This document shows positions 51,498-63,192 of a DNA stretch of 64,000 bases, one piece after another. The stretch comes from an uncultured Sphingomonas sp. (GTDB taxonomy: Bacteria; Pseudomonadota; Alphaproteobacteria; Sphingomonadales; Sphingomonadaceae), in assembly GCA_913775025.1 (NCBI GenBank), contig CAJYJW010000086.1:27205-91204 (forward strand). Reading direction: 5' to 3'. The position numbers and the translations under genes are program-made. The stretch's first letter is position 1. Each line of letters begins with the position of its first letter. The notes below the pieces were generated by a model. The model saw only the letters and a list, made by a program, of their open reading frames with translations, had not been told where the DNA came from and searched no databases.

Positions 51498-52637
51498 ATG
51501 GACGATGTCGGCACCATCGCTCGCGACGCCAATGTCGAGGGTATCGCCTGGCCTATGCACCGCGAAAGCCGCGACAGCGGCTGGCGGCCGCCTGCCGGCA
51601 CCCGCATCATCTCCGTCGACGATCACGGCATGGAGGAAGAGGGTCTCTGGGAGAAGCGGCTGACAGGCGACGACAAGGAGCGCGCGCCCAAGCTGTGGAA
51701 GGACGACGAGAATCGCTGGCATATGGTCGTCGACGGGCAGAACTACGATGTTCCAGGCCTCGAATCGCACATCGGCGAAGGCCGGCCGGGCATGTGGGAC
51801 GCCAAGGAGCGTCTGCTGGACATGGACGCCGAGGGCATCGACACCTCGCTGTTCTTCCACAGCCGCGCGATGAGCCTCGTCCGATTGCAGGACAAGGCAT
51901 TCTTCACCCGTTGCATGGATGTCTACAACGAGTGGCTGGCCGAATATTGCGCGACCAATCCCGAGCGGCTGGTTGGCGTCGGCATCTTGCCGACCATCTA
52001 CGATCCGCAGGAATCGAGCGCTTACATCGCCAAGATGAAGGGCTGGGGCCTGAAGGCGCTGGAAATTCCCTCGGCGCCCAAGAACGTGCCCTACAACTCC
52101 TCGGCCATGGAACCGATGTGGGAAGCGATCGCCGACAGCGGCATTCCCGTCATGTTCCACGTCGGCGCTTATCTGGAGTTTCGCGGCCAGGGCGCGCTCG
52201 GCGCCAACCTGACCAAAAACCTCGGGCCTTACCGTCCGCTGTGGTCGCTGCTCGCCTTCTCGGGCATCCTCGAGCGGCACCCGAACCTGAAAATCGTGTT
52301 CTGCGAGGGCGGCTTCGGCTGGGTGCCGTGGACGCTGCAGGATGCGGACCGCATTTACCAAGTCTACGAGACCGAAATGCGCCCGAAGCTGAAGGAGCTG
52401 CCGAGCTTCTACTTCAAGCGGCAATGCTACGCGGCGGTGATGTCCGATGACGTCGGCGTCAAGCTGGCCGGAGACTATGACCTCACCGATAATCTGCTGT
52501 GGTCGTGCGATTATCCGCATGGCGAGAGCGTGTTCGGCGAGAGCCGGAACGAAATCAGGAAGATCTTCGACATACTTGGCGAGGAGCGCGCCAAGGACGT
52601 GGTCGGCCGCAACGCCGCCAAGCTGTGGAACCTCTGA
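51498..52637 (+). CDS. Amidohydrolase-2 family protein
   Basis: ISVDDH, DMDAEGID, YNEWL, MFHVG, CEGGFGW, WSCDYPH. Confidence 0.92.
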   Translation: MDDVGTIARDANVEGIAWPMHRESRDSGWRPPAGTRIISVDDHGMEEEGLWEKRLTGDDKERAPKLWKDDENRWHMVVDGQNYDVPGLESHIGEGRPGMWDAKERLLDMDAEGIDTSLFFHSRAMSLVRLQDKAFFTRCMDVYNEWLAEYCATNPERLVGVGILPTIYDPQESSAYIAKMKGWGLKALEIPSAPKNVPYNSSAMEPMWEAIADSGIPVMFHVGAYLEFRGQGALGANLTKNLGPYRPLWSLLAFSGILERHPNLKIVFCEGGFGWVPWTLQDADRIYQVYETEMRPKLKELPSFYFKRQCYAAVMSDDVGVKLAGDYDLTDNLLWSCDYPHGESVFGESRNEIRKIFDILGEERAKDVVGRNAAKLWNL

Positions 52638-52693
52638 CCGACGATCGCCGGCTGCTGCGCTGAACGGCGGCCACGCGTCGCAGGACCGAAAGA

Positions 52694-52723
52694 AGGCCGG
52701 TCGCTCGTCGGCGCGACCGGCCT
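52694..52723 (+). terminator. Hairpin downstream of the amidohydrolase
   Basis: AGGCCGGTCGC / GCGACCGGCCT 11-bp stem. Confidence 0.5.
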
Positions 52724-53341
52724 CGCTCGTGCAGGACGGACTTTTTTACGACCGTGCGACGCAAGCGGAATTCGATCGGAAGTTCGCCGACGTTCGTGTG
52801 CCCTCATTCGCGACCAGCCGAGGGTGGATGCCATCGCGCATGGCGGGCGCCTCGCCCGAGAACAGAGCGATAGAGATCGGCCGGTCTTGCAGGCTCGTCG
52901 CACGGCGACAGGCGGTCACTACGTTGCCGCCCGCGACTATTCCCCGACATCCACTGCGAAATGCTCTGCGGCTGGCCGAGCGACGGCGGCGTCAGTCGCC
53001 GCCATCGCTATCGTGCCTGAGCCCGCGCGATCTAACCGTCACCCAGCAGGATCTGCCGGACCTTCGCGCCCGCCTTGACGCCACAAACATATGGCCGACC
53101 GGCTCGCGGACCCGCCGCCAAGGCAAGCCGTCCACCGTTTCGCATCGCCGGGCGATCATCACGACAGCGATATCCGCCTTCGCGACGGGCCAACCGCTCC
53201 GGGTAAGGCGCAGGTCGCCCTAGGGACGGGTCCGACGTGAATAACAGGTGTGGAAGCGATGACGCCGATCGACGATCCTGCCGCCGGCCCCGCCGCGTCC
53301 CGTCAGATAGTGGGGGGCCAAGCCCTCCGCATCGGCGCGGC

Positions 53342-54571
53342 ATGATGGTCATCTCCTCGCGCGGGGTCGAGGAATGGCGGCAGGGTTGGACGGTCGTGCT
53401 CGGCGCGTCGTTGTCCATCGCCTGTGGCTTCGCCTGTTTTCCGTTCGTTTCGAGTCTGTTCATCCAGCCGCTAGAGTCAGAGTATGGCTGGTCGCGCGGT
53501 GAGCAGTCGCTGGTGCAGCTGATCTATATCGGAGCCTCGATGCTGACCCCGATCTTCGGAGATTGGGTCGATCGGGTAGGGGTGCGGCGTGTTGGCCTGA
53601 TCTTCATGCCGCTTGTCGGGCTATGCTTCCTCGCTCTTGCCGCGATGCCGGGATCGATCTCAGTCTATTACGGTCTTACCGCCATGCTGGTGATCGCCGG
53701 ACAGGGCACCACCGGCGTGGTCTTCACCCGCGCGGTCGTCGGCGCTTTCTCCCGCACCCGCGGCACAGCGCTTGCCGTTACCCGCATCGGCGTGTCGGTC
53801 GCCATCGCGACGCTGCCCGCACTGGTGTTCGCGGCGATCCGCCACTTCGGCTGGCCCGCGGGATACATCGCGATGGCGGCGGTCGTGTTCGGGATCGGCG
53901 TACCCGCGACGTGGCTTTGGGTTCGGGAACCGGCGGCCGCTCGCCCCGTCGAAGGCCGCGACGCGCCAGGCTTGATCGCCGTCTACGGGCCGCTCCTGAA
54001 GAACGGCAAGGTGCTGCTGCTATCCGCCACGACCGCGTTGATGATGGGTCCGATCGTCGGGCTGATCAGCCAGCTCCAGCCGCTGCTGGTCGGCAAGGGC
54101 CTGCCCGGCGCTACGGCGGCGGCAGGCGCGAGCGTACTGGCGCTGGCGGTGGTCAGCGGAACGATCGTGACGGGCGTGCTAATCGATCGGGTCTGGGCGC
54201 CGCTGATCGGCTGCGTGCTCACGCTGGTCGGCGCGGCGGGCTGCCTCGTCCTGTTCCTGTCCGCCAGCCTGACGCCGGCGATTGCGCTCATGGCGGTGGC
54301 GATGGTGGGCGTCGCCCAAGGCATGGAACTGGATCTCGTCGGCTATGTCATCGTCCGCTACTTCGGCCTCGCCGACTTTGCGCGGATCTTCGCCATCGGC
54401 ATCATGGCGCTGGGGATCAGCAGCGGGTTGTCCAGCGTCGCGTTCGGCATCACCTTCGACCAGACCAAAAGCTATGACCTGATGCTCGGCGTTGCCGCCG
54501 CGGCGCTCTCGGTGGCGGCTTTCCTCTTCCTGCTGCTCGGTCCCTATCCGGCGGAGGAGGCCGGCGGATGA
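53342..54571 (+). CDS. MFS transporter
   Basis: About 12 hydrophobic segments, GDWVDRVGVRR, GVLIDRVW. Confidence 0.93.
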   Translation: MMVISSRGVEEWRQGWTVVLGASLSIACGFACFPFVSSLFIQPLESEYGWSRGEQSLVQLIYIGASMLTPIFGDWVDRVGVRRVGLIFMPLVGLCFLALAAMPGSISVYYGLTAMLVIAGQGTTGVVFTRAVVGAFSRTRGTALAVTRIGVSVAIATLPALVFAAIRHFGWPAGYIAMAAVVFGIGVPATWLWVREPAAARPVEGRDAPGLIAVYGPLLKNGKVLLLSATTALMMGPIVGLISQLQPLLVGKGLPGATAAAGASVLALAVVSGTIVTGVLIDRVWAPLIGCVLTLVGAAGCLVLFLSASLTPAIALMAVAMVGVAQGMELDLVGYVIVRYFGLADFARIFAIGIMALGISSGLSSVAFGITFDQTKSYDLMLGVAAAALSVAAFLFLLLGPYPAEEAGG

Positions 54572-54759
54572 ATGGCGCTTCGAGGCGTCAGGACGGTCGC
54601 CGGTTCGAGGCATCACCATCCCGCCTTACGTATTCGGTGTCTGGCCGTTCTCGCGGCGTGGTCCGGAACGACGGACCAGCGTGCGCCGCCCAGTGTCGCC
54701 GCCGGCATCGATGATCAGGGCCACGACGCCCTTGAAGCGGATGCCGACCCACTCGCTGA

Positions 54760-56280
54760 TCAGCCCGCCTCCTGCAGCCGCTCCGCGCGCAGGCGGGCGC
54801 GGCGCAACTTGCCCGCGTCGTCGCGCACCCGCTCCTTCGTGAACTCCACCGAGTGCGGCCGCTTGATCGCGCTTAATCGCGCCAGCGCCGGCGCCAGGAA
54901 GGCAAACCCATCGTCCGGCGAAGCCGCATCGGGCGCGAGTTCGATGATCGCGTGCAGGCGATTGCCCATGTCCGCGTCGGGCATCCCGATCACAGCCGCG
55001 CACAGCACCTCCGGCAGCGTTTCGATCGCTGCCTCGATCTCGGCCGGGAACACGTTGGTGCCGCCGATCGTCACCATGTCGGTCCGCCGATCGGCAATGT
55101 AGAGGTAGCCGTCCGCGTCGAGTCGGCCGAGATCACCGAACCCGTCGAGATCGCCGCGTATCCGGGTATCCGCACCGATGTAGGCGTACTTGTCGCCGGG
55201 CGGCACTGCGCGACGGAAGACGATCTCACCGATCTCGCCGGGTGGCAGAGACCGCCCCTCCTCGTCCAGGATCAGAACCTCTTCGCCTGCGACCGGCCGA
55301 CCCACCGAGCCGGGATGCTCGAGCCACTCCGCCCCGGTGAGGAGTGTGGTACCGATCCGTTCGCTGCCGCCATAGACCTCGAGAATGCGGTCGGGCCCAA
55401 GACGCTCGATCCACCAGCGCTTGACATCGACCGGACAAGGCGCCGCCATATGCAGGATCGTTCGAAGCGACGAGAGATCGGCGGCGGCGGTCTCGGCCCG
55501 CGGCAGCTTGGCAATGCGCGACATCATCGTCGGCACCAAATAGCCGAAGCTCGGCCGGTGCCGCTTCACCAAGCGCAGCCAGTCCCGCGCGTCGAACTGC
55601 TCGACCCCGACGACGTGGCATCCCTGTGCGATCGCCAGCGTGACGTAGGCGAACGGCGCGCTGTGATAGAATGGTCCGGGTACGAGGAGCACCGTACGCG
55701 GCGGGCGGTTCCGCCCCTCCTTGTCGGGTCCCCACGCGGAAGGTGTCGGATCGACGATCAACTTTGGGCGGCCGGTGCTGCCGCCGCTGGTGATGATGCG
55801 GTTGGGCGAGCCGATCACCGGCGGTAGCGGCGTCCCCGTCAGATCGGACGGCAGTGCGACGTCGATGTCGATCAATGGCGCTCCAACCGACGGCAGATCG
55901 GCCGTGCCGACGATGATTTTCGGCGAGAGCAGCGCCGTCAATTCGATGAATTCTTCAGCGACCAAGCGCCATGAGGCCGGACACGGCACAGCGCCGAGCT
56001 TCCACGCCGCGAACACTGCCTCGACGAACTCGATCCGATTGCGTAGCGCGATCATCACGCGATCGCCGGGGCCGACGCCCCCCGGGCCCGACAGCTGCCG
56101 CGCCCGGCGGTTGGCGCGCGCGTCGAGCATGGCGAAACTCCACGTCCTATCGCCGATGGTGAGCGCCGGCGCGTCCGGCATCGCTCGTGCCTGTGCGGTG
56201 AGCAGGGCTCCGAGCGGCGCGCCTTGGGCAGGCTGGCCGGTCGCATCGATCAGATCGGCAAGGGGGTTGTCGTCCGTCAT
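54760..56280 (-). CDS. AMP-dependent acyl-CoA ligase, bile acid-CoA ligase (BaiB)-like
   Basis: TSGGSTGRPKLI, PGPFYHSAP, HMAAPCP, EVYGGSE, GDLG, DRRTDM. Confidence 0.92.
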   Translation of the reverse strand: MTDDNPLADLIDATGQPAQGAPLGALLTAQARAMPDAPALTIGDRTWSFAMLDARANRRARQLSGPGGVGPGDRVMIALRNRIEFVEAVFAAWKLGAVPCPASWRLVAEEFIELTALLSPKIIVGTADLPSVGAPLIDIDVALPSDLTGTPLPPVIGSPNRIITSGGSTGRPKLIVDPTPSAWGPDKEGRNRPPRTVLLVPGPFYHSAPFAYVTLAIAQGCHVVGVEQFDARDWLRLVKRHRPSFGYLVPTMMSRIAKLPRAETAAADLSSLRTILHMAAPCPVDVKRWWIERLGPDRILEVYGGSERIGTTLLTGAEWLEHPGSVGRPVAGEEVLILDEEGRSLPPGEIGEIVFRRAVPPGDKYAYIGADTRIRGDLDGFGDLGRLDADGYLYIADRRTDMVTIGGTNVFPAEIEAAIETLPEVLCAAVIGMPDADMGNRLHAIIELAPDAASPDDGFAFLAPALARLSAIKRPHSVEFTKERVRDDAGKLRRARLRAERLQEAG

Positions 56281-56333
56281 GTCGTTCAGGATCGTTGGAA
56301 TTTAGGCAAAGGCAAAGAAGGCCGATTGACTCC

Positions 56334-56347
56334 ATCGCAGGCGCGAT
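56334..56347. promoter_or_regulatory. ATCRC-N4-GYGAT box in the divergent ligase/multifunctional enzyme promoter
   Basis: CATCGC-AGGC-GCGATG. Confidence 0.7.
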
Positions 56348-56432
56348 GATCGACACCCTGCAAGCTGACAAGCCGCGCCGGCTTTGGCAGTCGGCGATCA
56401 TCATCTCAGCGCAGGCGGAGCAAAGCGATCCC

Positions 56433-58550
56433 ATGTCCATGAACCCCGAAGACGCGGTCCGCTACGAAGTGCGCGACGAGGTGGCGGTCCTCACGATCGA
56501 CTTCCCGCCGGTTAATGCGCTGGGCGCGCCGATGCGCGAGGGCATGATGCTGCGGCTCGCCCAGGCCCAGAACGACGCAGGCGTGAAGGCGATCGTCGTG
56601 ATCGGCGCCAACGACCGCTTCGTCGCCGGTGCCGATATCCGCGAGTTCGGCAAGCCGAAGCACGGCCCTGAACTGCACGCGATCCAGGAGGTGCTGGAGA
56701 ACAGCGAGAAGCCGGTCGTCTGCGCGATCGACGGACACGCTCTGGGGGGTGGCCTCGAACTGGCGCTGGCCGCACCCTACCGGGTCGCGGCCTCGCGCGC
56801 CAAGATCGGGCTTCCAGAAGTTCACCTCGGCCTGCTGCCCGGCGCCGGGGGCACGCAGCGCGCCACCCGCATCGCCGGCCCGAAGGTTGCGCTCGACCTC
56901 ATCCTCAACGGCAAGCACATCAGCGCCGCCAATGGCCGTGATCTGGGCCTGATCGACGAGGTAACCGACGGACCCGTGCTGGACGCCGCGATCGCCTTCG
57001 CCAAGGCTCGCGCGACAGAGGGCGGTCCCTTCCCGAAAACGGTGGAACGGACTGACAAGGTGCAGAACGTCGATCCGGCGATCTTCGAGAAGGAGCGTCA
57101 GGCCGGCGCAAAGAAGTGGCAGGGCATGGTCGCCCCGTTCAAGATCGTCGACTGCATCGAGGCGGCCTGCACGCTTGGGCCGCGCGAGGGTCTCGCGTTC
57201 GAGAAGGAGGCGTTCAAGGTCTGCCTCGAGTCGCCGAGCCGCGCCGCGCAGGTCCACCTGTTCTTCGCCGAGCGGCAGGCCGCCAAGATCGATGGGCTGC
57301 CCGCCGACGTGAAGCCGCGGCCGATCGGCAAAGTCGGCGTCATCGGTGCCGGCACGATGGGCGGCGGCATCGCCATGTCGTGCGTCAACGTCGGCCTGCC
57401 CGTCGTTTTGCTTGAGGTGAAGCAGGACGCGCTCGACGCCGGCCTCGCCAAGGTGAAGTCCAACTACGACATTTCGGTGAAGCGCGGCTCCCGCAGCCAG
57501 GCGCAGGTCGACAAGGCCATGGGGCTGATCACTACGACCCTCGACTATGCCGATTTCCACGACTGCGACATCGTGATCGAGGCGGTGTTCGAAAATATGG
57601 CGGTGAAGAAGGAAATCTTCGCGAAACTCGACGAGGTCTGCAAGCCAGGCGCGATCCTCGCCACCAACACCTCGGCGCTCGACATCGACGAGATCGCGTC
57701 GGCCACGAAGCGTCCCGAGGATGTGATCGGCACGCACTTCTTTTCGCCCGCCAACGTTATGAAGCTGCTGGAAAATGTGCGCGGCGCGAAATCTTCGCCG
57801 GAGACGATCGCAACGGTGATGGCGTTCGGCAAGCAGATCGGCAAGGTGCCGGTGCTGGCCGGCAATTGCGAAGGCTTCATCGGCAATCGCATGCTGAAGG
57901 CTTACGGCACAGAGTCCGAGCATCTGCTGGAGGAAGGCGCGACGCCGGCCTCGATCGACAAGGCGCTGAAGGATTTCGGCTTCCCGATGGGCATTTTCCT
58001 GATGCGCGACATGGCCGGGCTCGATGTCGGCTACCGCATGCGGCAGGGCCGCATCGAGGCGGGGGCGCTCGATCCGGACGCGCCGAGCTACACCCCGCTC
58101 GCCGATCGCATCGTAGAGGCCGGGCGGCTCGGCCAGAAGACGGGCGCCGGCTATTATAAATATGAGGGCCGGGACGCCACCCCCGATCCTGATGTCGAGC
58201 GGATGCTGATCGAGATCGCCGAGAAAAAGGGCATCAACCGGCGTGAGATCGGCGACGAGGAGATCGTCGACCGTATCCTTGGTGCGATGGTCAACGAGGG
58301 CGCCAAGATCCTGGAGGAAGGGATCGCCCAGCGTGCCAGCGATATCGATGTGACCTACGTGTTCGGCTACGGCTTCCCTAAATATCGCGGCGGCCCGATG
58401 TTCTGGGCGCAGCAGAAGGGGCTCGACAAGGTGCTCGAGATCGTCCGCGCCAACCATGCCGCCGCAGGGGACCGCTGGAAGCCGGCCAAGCTTCTGGAGG
58501 AGCGCTCCGCCGCCGGTCAGACCTGGGACGGCAAGCAGGCCGCCGCCTGA
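56433..58550 (+). CDS. Bifunctional enoyl-CoA hydratase/3-hydroxyacyl-CoA dehydrogenase (FadJ/PimF-like)
   Basis: GGGLELAL, LPEVHLG, GAGTMGGG, IEAVFE, TNTS, HFFSPAN. Confidence 0.96.
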   Translation: MSMNPEDAVRYEVRDEVAVLTIDFPPVNALGAPMREGMMLRLAQAQNDAGVKAIVVIGANDRFVAGADIREFGKPKHGPELHAIQEVLENSEKPVVCAIDGHALGGGLELALAAPYRVAASRAKIGLPEVHLGLLPGAGGTQRATRIAGPKVALDLILNGKHISAANGRDLGLIDEVTDGPVLDAAIAFAKARATEGGPFPKTVERTDKVQNVDPAIFEKERQAGAKKWQGMVAPFKIVDCIEAACTLGPREGLAFEKEAFKVCLESPSRAAQVHLFFAERQAAKIDGLPADVKPRPIGKVGVIGAGTMGGGIAMSCVNVGLPVVLLEVKQDALDAGLAKVKSNYDISVKRGSRSQAQVDKAMGLITTTLDYADFHDCDIVIEAVFENMAVKKEIFAKLDEVCKPGAILATNTSALDIDEIASATKRPEDVIGTHFFSPANVMKLLENVRGAKSSPETIATVMAFGKQIGKVPVLAGNCEGFIGNRMLKAYGTESEHLLEEGATPASIDKALKDFGFPMGIFLMRDMAGLDVGYRMRQGRIEAGALDPDAPSYTPLADRIVEAGRLGQKTGAGYYKYEGRDATPDPDVERMLIEIAEKKGINRREIGDEEIVDRILGAMVNEGAKILEEGIAQRASDIDVTYVFGYGFPKYRGGPMFWAQQKGLDKVLEIVRANHAAAGDRWKPAKLLEERSAAGQTWDGKQAAA

Positions 58551-58689
58551 ACCAAGCCGGACCACCGGGTCGGTGAACACCGATCCGGTGTCGACCGCAG
58601 ACAGAGCGAGAAGGCGTGTGTTGGCCGGCTCGGCACTGTCCTCACGATATGGGATCGCCGGCGCGTCAGAGCTGGCGTATGAAACCCGA

Positions 58690-58923
58690 AGGGGTGGGAC
58701 CGCGTGTTCGCGGTCGACGTCACCGCCGCCTTCCTGATCGCGAGGGTGGCGGTGCCGCTGATGCTGGCGGGCGGCAGCGGCACCGCCTTCGCCCCACGTC
58801 TCGTCCACCGGGCGGTAAGGTCAAACGATGGGTATCATGAACGCCGCACTCTACGTCGCCAGCCGCGAGGCGGCCTTGGTCAACGGTCAGGAGATCGATG
58901 TCGATGGCGGCAAGATCCAGTAG
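58690..58923 (+). pseudogene. SDR remnant
   Basis: WDRVFAVDVTAAFLIARVAVPLM..GSG and ALYVASREAALVNGQEIDVDGG*; catalytic core and N-terminus absent. Confidence 0.7.
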
Positions 58924-59447
58924 GCGCCGGGCTGTTCCAGCAAATGGCCAGCACATCGTCCGCGGCAGGTGACAGCATGGTACCCGATTGTTTCCAACGC
59001 TATCTAAGCATCGCCTTCGAGCAGTAGGACAGTATCCTCAGTTGCTTCCGAAACGGCACCACACCGCATGACGCTGTGCGTCTTGCTCAAGGCTTGGCTG
59101 CGTGGTTCCAGCGACGGCAAGATCTCGAAGTGGCCGGCCACGCTCGGATCACCCGACGCGAGGGCGAAACGACGCCTGCGCGCAGATGTCGCTGCGACGC
59201 GCGCGATTATCGGGTTCAGGGACGTCCGTCACCGGGGTTCCTTCGTTTGCTACGGCTGACGCCAATGCGCGCTGTCCGGCCGCTGCGATCCCGTCGCATG
59301 GGAACATGAACGAGGGTCTGAAGCGGGGGAGGGCTAAAGGCTGCGCGAGGGGCTGCTTCTGGTCTTGGTGGCCAAGGATCAGTCACCCGTCGATGTCCAA
59401 GAGCAGTCATCAGACAGATGACCGCCGAGCCAGGAGGTGCCATTCAA

Positions 59448-60200
59448 TCAGGCAGGGTTCTGCGGTGCCGTCGCGATGCTCGACAGGTCGGTCGCCGTAT
59501 TGATCGGTAGGCCGGCGTCTTTCCGCTCCGAATACCGGTCGACCAGCTGGTTGGAATGAGGGCGCAGCAGAATCGTGAAGCGGACCAGTTCCTCCATCAC
59601 GTCGACGATTCGGTCATAGTAGCTGGACGGCTTCATGCGGCCCGCGTGGTCGAACTCTTCGAACGCCTTGGCGACGCTCGACTGGTTCGGGATCGTCACC
59701 ATCCGCATCCATCGCCCTAGAACGCGCAGGGTGTTCACGCTGTTGAACGACTGCGATCCGGCAGACACCTGCATGACGGCGAGAGTGCGGCCCTGCGTCG
59801 GGCGCATCCCGCCCATCGACAGCGGCAGGTGGTCGACCTGCAGCTTCATGATGCCGGTGATCTGGCCGTGCCGCTCCGGACTGCACCATACCTGCCCTTC
59901 CGACCACATCGACAGTTCGCGCAGCTCGTGGACGGCGGGATGGTCGTCGCCGGCCACCTGATCCGGCAAAGGCAGGAGAGATGGATCGAAAATGCGCGTC
60001 TCCGCGCCGAAGGACCGCAGCAGGCGCGCCGCCTCCTCGATGCACAGCCGGGAATAGGACCGCTCGCGCAGGGATCCGTAAAGCAGCAGGAACCGCGGGG
60101 GCGGGTCGCTTGCGCCCAGCCCCACCGCAGGCCTGTCGAGCGCGTAGTGGCGATCGAGCGCAGGCAGGTGGTCTGGGTCGGTGAGGGTGCGGAGAGGCAT
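59448..60200 (-). CDS. arsH: Arsenical resistance NADPH-dependent FMN reductase ArsH
   Basis: [43 protein letters not shown]. Confidence 0.97.
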   Translation of the reverse strand: MPLRTLTDPDHLPALDRHYALDRPAVGLGASDPPPRFLLLYGSLRERSYSRLCIEEAARLLRSFGAETRIFDPSLLPLPDQVAGDDHPAVHELRELSMWSEGQVWCSPERHGQITGIMKLQVDHLPLSMGGMRPTQGRTLAVMQVSAGSQSFNSVNTLRVLGRWMRMVTIPNQSSVAKAFEEFDHAGRMKPSSYYDRIVDVMEELVRFTILLRPHSNQLVDRYSERKDAGLPINTATDLSSIATAPQNPA

Positions 60201-60240
60201 TAGGTGGCGTTCCCGATAAAGTTCAGGGGGGCACCGCGGC

Positions 60241-61527
60241 TCATCCGGCGTTGATCCGGATCGCCAGTGCAACGAGCGTGACCAGCAGCACGGGGACGGT
60301 CAGCGTCGCGCCGACGCGGAAGTAGTAGCCCCAGCCGATGCGAATGCCCTTCTGCCCGAGAACGTGCAGCCAGAGCAGCGTCGCGAGCGACCCGATCGGC
60401 GTGATCTTCGGGCCGAGGTCGCAGCCGATCACGTTGGCATAGACCATCGCTTCCCTAACGGCGCCCGTGGCGTGGGTCGCGTCGATCGACAGGGCGCCGA
60501 CCAGGACCGTCGGCATGTTGTTCATCACCGACGACAGCAGCGCGGCGATGATGCCGGTGCCGAACGCCGCACCCCAGACGCCGCCTTGGGCGGCGCGGTC
60601 GAGGAGACCGGCGAGATGGTCGGTCAAACCTGCGCTTCGCAGGCCGTAGACGACCAGGTACATGCCAAGCGAGAAGATCACGACCTGCCAAGGTGCGCCG
60701 CGCGCGACCTTGCGGATCTCGATGACGTGACCGCGCCCGGCGATGGCGAGCAGCAGAACCGCGCCGGCAGCGGCGACGGCGCTGACCGGAACGCCGATGG
60801 GTTCGAGCAGGAAGAAGCCGGTCAGGAGAGCGGCAAGGACGACCCAGCCCGCCTTGAACGTGGCGGGATCCCGGATCGCGTCGGCCGGCGTGCGAAGCTG
60901 CGCGACGTCGTAGCTGGTCGGCACGTCGCGGAGGAAGAACAGCAGCAGCACGACCAGCGTCGCGGCGATCGATGCGAGGTCCACCGGCACCATCACTGAG
61001 GCGTAGTCGGCAAAGCCGATGCGAAAGAAGTCGGCCGACACGATGTTGACCAGATTGGAGACGATCAGCGGCAGGCTGGCCGTGTCGGCGACGAAACCGG
61101 CCGCCATGACGAAGGCCAGCGTCGCCCTGTCCCGGTAGCCGAGTGCCCGCAGCATGGCGATGACGATCGGGGTCAGGATCAGCGCGGCGCCGTCGTTGGC
61201 GAACAACGCCGACACGGCTGCGCCGAGGAGGACGATCAGGACGAACAGGCGTCGGCCGTGTCCGCCGCCCCACCGGGCGACGTGCAGCGCTGCCCATTCG
61301 AAGAAGCCGGCCTCGTCCAGCAATAGGCTGACGATAATGATCGCGACGAACGTCGCGGTCGCGTTCCAGACGATGCCCCACACCACCGGCACATCGGAGA
61401 GCGAGACCACCCCGGCGAGCAGCGCCACGGCGGCTCCGCCCATGGCGCTCCACCCGATGCCGAGGCCCCGGGGCTGCCAGATGACCAGTGCGATCGTGAC
61501 GACGAAGATGGCGAGGGCGAGAAACAT
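60241..61527 (-). CDS. arsB: Arsenite efflux pump ArsB
   Basis: [49 protein letters not shown]. Confidence 0.97.
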   Translation of the reverse strand: MFLALAIFVVTIALVIWQPRGLGIGWSAMGGAAVALLAGVVSLSDVPVVWGIVWNATATFVAIIIVSLLLDEAGFFEWAALHVARWGGGHGRRLFVLIVLLGAAVSALFANDGAALILTPIVIAMLRALGYRDRATLAFVMAAGFVADTASLPLIVSNLVNIVSADFFRIGFADYASVMVPVDLASIAATLVVLLLFFLRDVPTSYDVAQLRTPADAIRDPATFKAGWVVLAALLTGFFLLEPIGVPVSAVAAAGAVLLLAIAGRGHVIEIRKVARGAPWQVVIFSLGMYLVVYGLRSAGLTDHLAGLLDRAAQGGVWGAAFGTGIIAALLSSVMNNMPTVLVGALSIDATHATGAVREAMVYANVIGCDLGPKITPIGSLATLLWLHVLGQKGIRIGWGYYFRVGATLTVPVLLVTLVALAIRINAG

Positions 61528-61955
61528 CAGGCGATGCGAAGCCCCGAGGCGTCCACCACCTGTTCGCCATCCTCCTTGGCGAACGCGCCCCGCTGCGGCT
61601 TGGGCAGCAGGTCGAGGACGGCCTCCGACGGCCGGCAGAGCTTCACGCCGAGCGGCGAAACGACCAACGGCCGGTTGATGAGGACCGGGTGCGCCATCAT
61701 GGCATCGAGCAGGGCGTCGTCGGTCAGCGAGGTGTCGCCGAGGCCGAGTTCGGCGTAGGGCGTGCCTTTCTCGCGCAACAGATCGCGGGGAGACATGCCG
61801 GCGCGGTCGATCAGCTCGACCAGCAGGGCACGGGACGGCGGGGTCTTCAAATACTCCACGACGTGCGGCTCGATCCCGGCGTTGCGGATCATTGCCAGCG
61901 TGTTGCGGGACGTGCCGCAGGCGGGGTTGTGGTAGATCACGACGTCGACGGCCAT
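61527..61955 (-). CDS. arsC: Glutaredoxin-dependent arsenate reductase ArsC
   Basis: [23 protein letters not shown]. Confidence 0.97.
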   Translation of the reverse strand: MAVDVVIYHNPACGTSRNTLAMIRNAGIEPHVVEYLKTPPSRALLVELIDRAGMSPRDLLREKGTPYAELGLGDTSLTDDALLDAMMAHPVLINRPLVVSPLGVKLCRPSEAVLDLLPKPQRGAFAKEDGEQVVDASGLRIA

Positions 61956-61966
61956 GGCGCGCCCTT

Positions 61967-62299
61967 TCAGCAGCAGGGGGAGAGTTCGGCGAGGAGGGGG
62001 GCGCACAACTCAGGCGAGCCGGCGCAGCAGTCCTTGACCAGGAACAGCGTCAGCGCCCGCAGGCCATCGATGTCGGCTCGGTAGATGATGGATCGGCTGT
62101 GCCGCTCGGATCGGACGATGCCGGCGCGCGCCAAGATCCCGAGATGCGCCGACATGGTGTTCTGCGGCACGTTTAGCTGTCGGGCGATCTCTCCCGCCGC
62201 CATGCCGGTCGGCTCATACCGGACCAGCAGGCGGAAAACGTCGAGGCGGGTGCCCTGTGCGAGCGCGCCTAGGGCAACGATGGCCAATTCAGTATCCAT
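61967..62299 (-). CDS. arsR: ArsR repressor (C-terminal vicinal-cysteine type)
   Basis: [32 protein letters not shown]. Confidence 0.96.
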   Translation of the reverse strand: MDTELAIVALGALAQGTRLDVFRLLVRYEPTGMAAGEIARQLNVPQNTMSAHLGILARAGIVRSERHSRSIIYRADIDGLRALTLFLVKDCCAGSPELCAPLLAELSPCC

Positions 62300-62321
62300 A
62301 TATCCAGCATAGCAGATATAT
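62298..62321. promoter_or_regulatory. Probable ArsR operator overlapping the arsR start
   Basis: ATATATC-N10-GATATAT inverted repeat. Confidence 0.65.
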
Positions 62322-62444
62322 TACACTCAGCAACAAGGTTCGAAACGCGGCATATCGCTCCACCGAAGCGATGAACGGTCGCCTGACGTTGGTTCGAAGG
62401 AATGGGGGTGTGAATGGCCGGGATGGGTCTGGCCCTTCGTTCAG

Positions 62445-62999
62445 CTATTCATGTCGCAGCCGTCCGGAGCTGTCTTGGAGCAGCCAGAAGCGGGTATATC
62501 GCTGCAGGCGAGGCAGGATGACCCATTGCAGCATCGCGGTGAGCAATAAGGACGAGGGCAGAAGCTGAAGCGGCTGAGGGACATCCTTCAATAGCATTCG
62601 CATTACCAGACTGACGACGAGCAAAACCGGAAAGACGGTCAGCCACGTCGTCACGAAACGCTTCCACTTGCTCGCGCTTGCGTCGCTGGGCAGTTCGAAG
62701 CTGACGCGATCACCGCTTTTGGTCTGATGAAGCGCAGTCGAGAAGTCATTGGCGAGCGCGACATGCTCGCACACCGATTTATCAGCTTCCCAAGCGTCCG
62801 CCGAGTGCCGATTATCGAAGCGAAACAGCAGATGCTGGAAGCCTGCGGTCTGGCCAAGTCGGATAGCCGCGCGGTATCCCGGCGCAGCACGGGCAAGACT
62901 ATAAAGCCCGTCGACCCACGTCTCGAAATCCTCTTCCCGGCCGGCTCGGATGGCCCGACTGGTAACGATCGTTGCGGTCTGATCGGGATCTGATGGCAT
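62445..62999 (-). CDS. ABM-like (antibiotic biosynthesis monooxygenase fold) protein with two C-terminal TM helices
   Basis: GREEDFETW..APGY..FRFD, then KWK..TWLTVFP..LQWVILP..RFWL. Confidence 0.75.
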   Translation of the reverse strand: MPSDPDQTATIVTSRAIRAGREEDFETWVDGLYSLARAAPGYRAAIRLGQTAGFQHLLFRFDNRHSADAWEADKSVCEHVALANDFSTALHQTKSGDRVSFELPSDASASKWKRFVTTWLTVFPVLLVVSLVMRMLLKDVPQPLQLLPSSLLLTAMLQWVILPRLQRYTRFWLLQDSSGRLRHE

Positions 63000-63192
63000 G
63001 GTTCGGTGAACGTATCGATGTCCACCTCGTTGCCGATTACCTCCGTGCTTATGTTTTGGGTCCTGCCCAACCGGATCCTATACCGGCCGCCTCTGACGCC
63101 TGCGGCCGGCGGGCGGCAACGAAAAACGATATCCGGTGTTCGATCGCGAGTGACATGCCCGCCGACGCGGTTGGCAAAACGGGGGAAGGGAA

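Noticed and set aside
56406..58808. 800-aa minus-strand ORF
   Set aside because: Antisense shadow of the bifunctional beta-oxidation gene.
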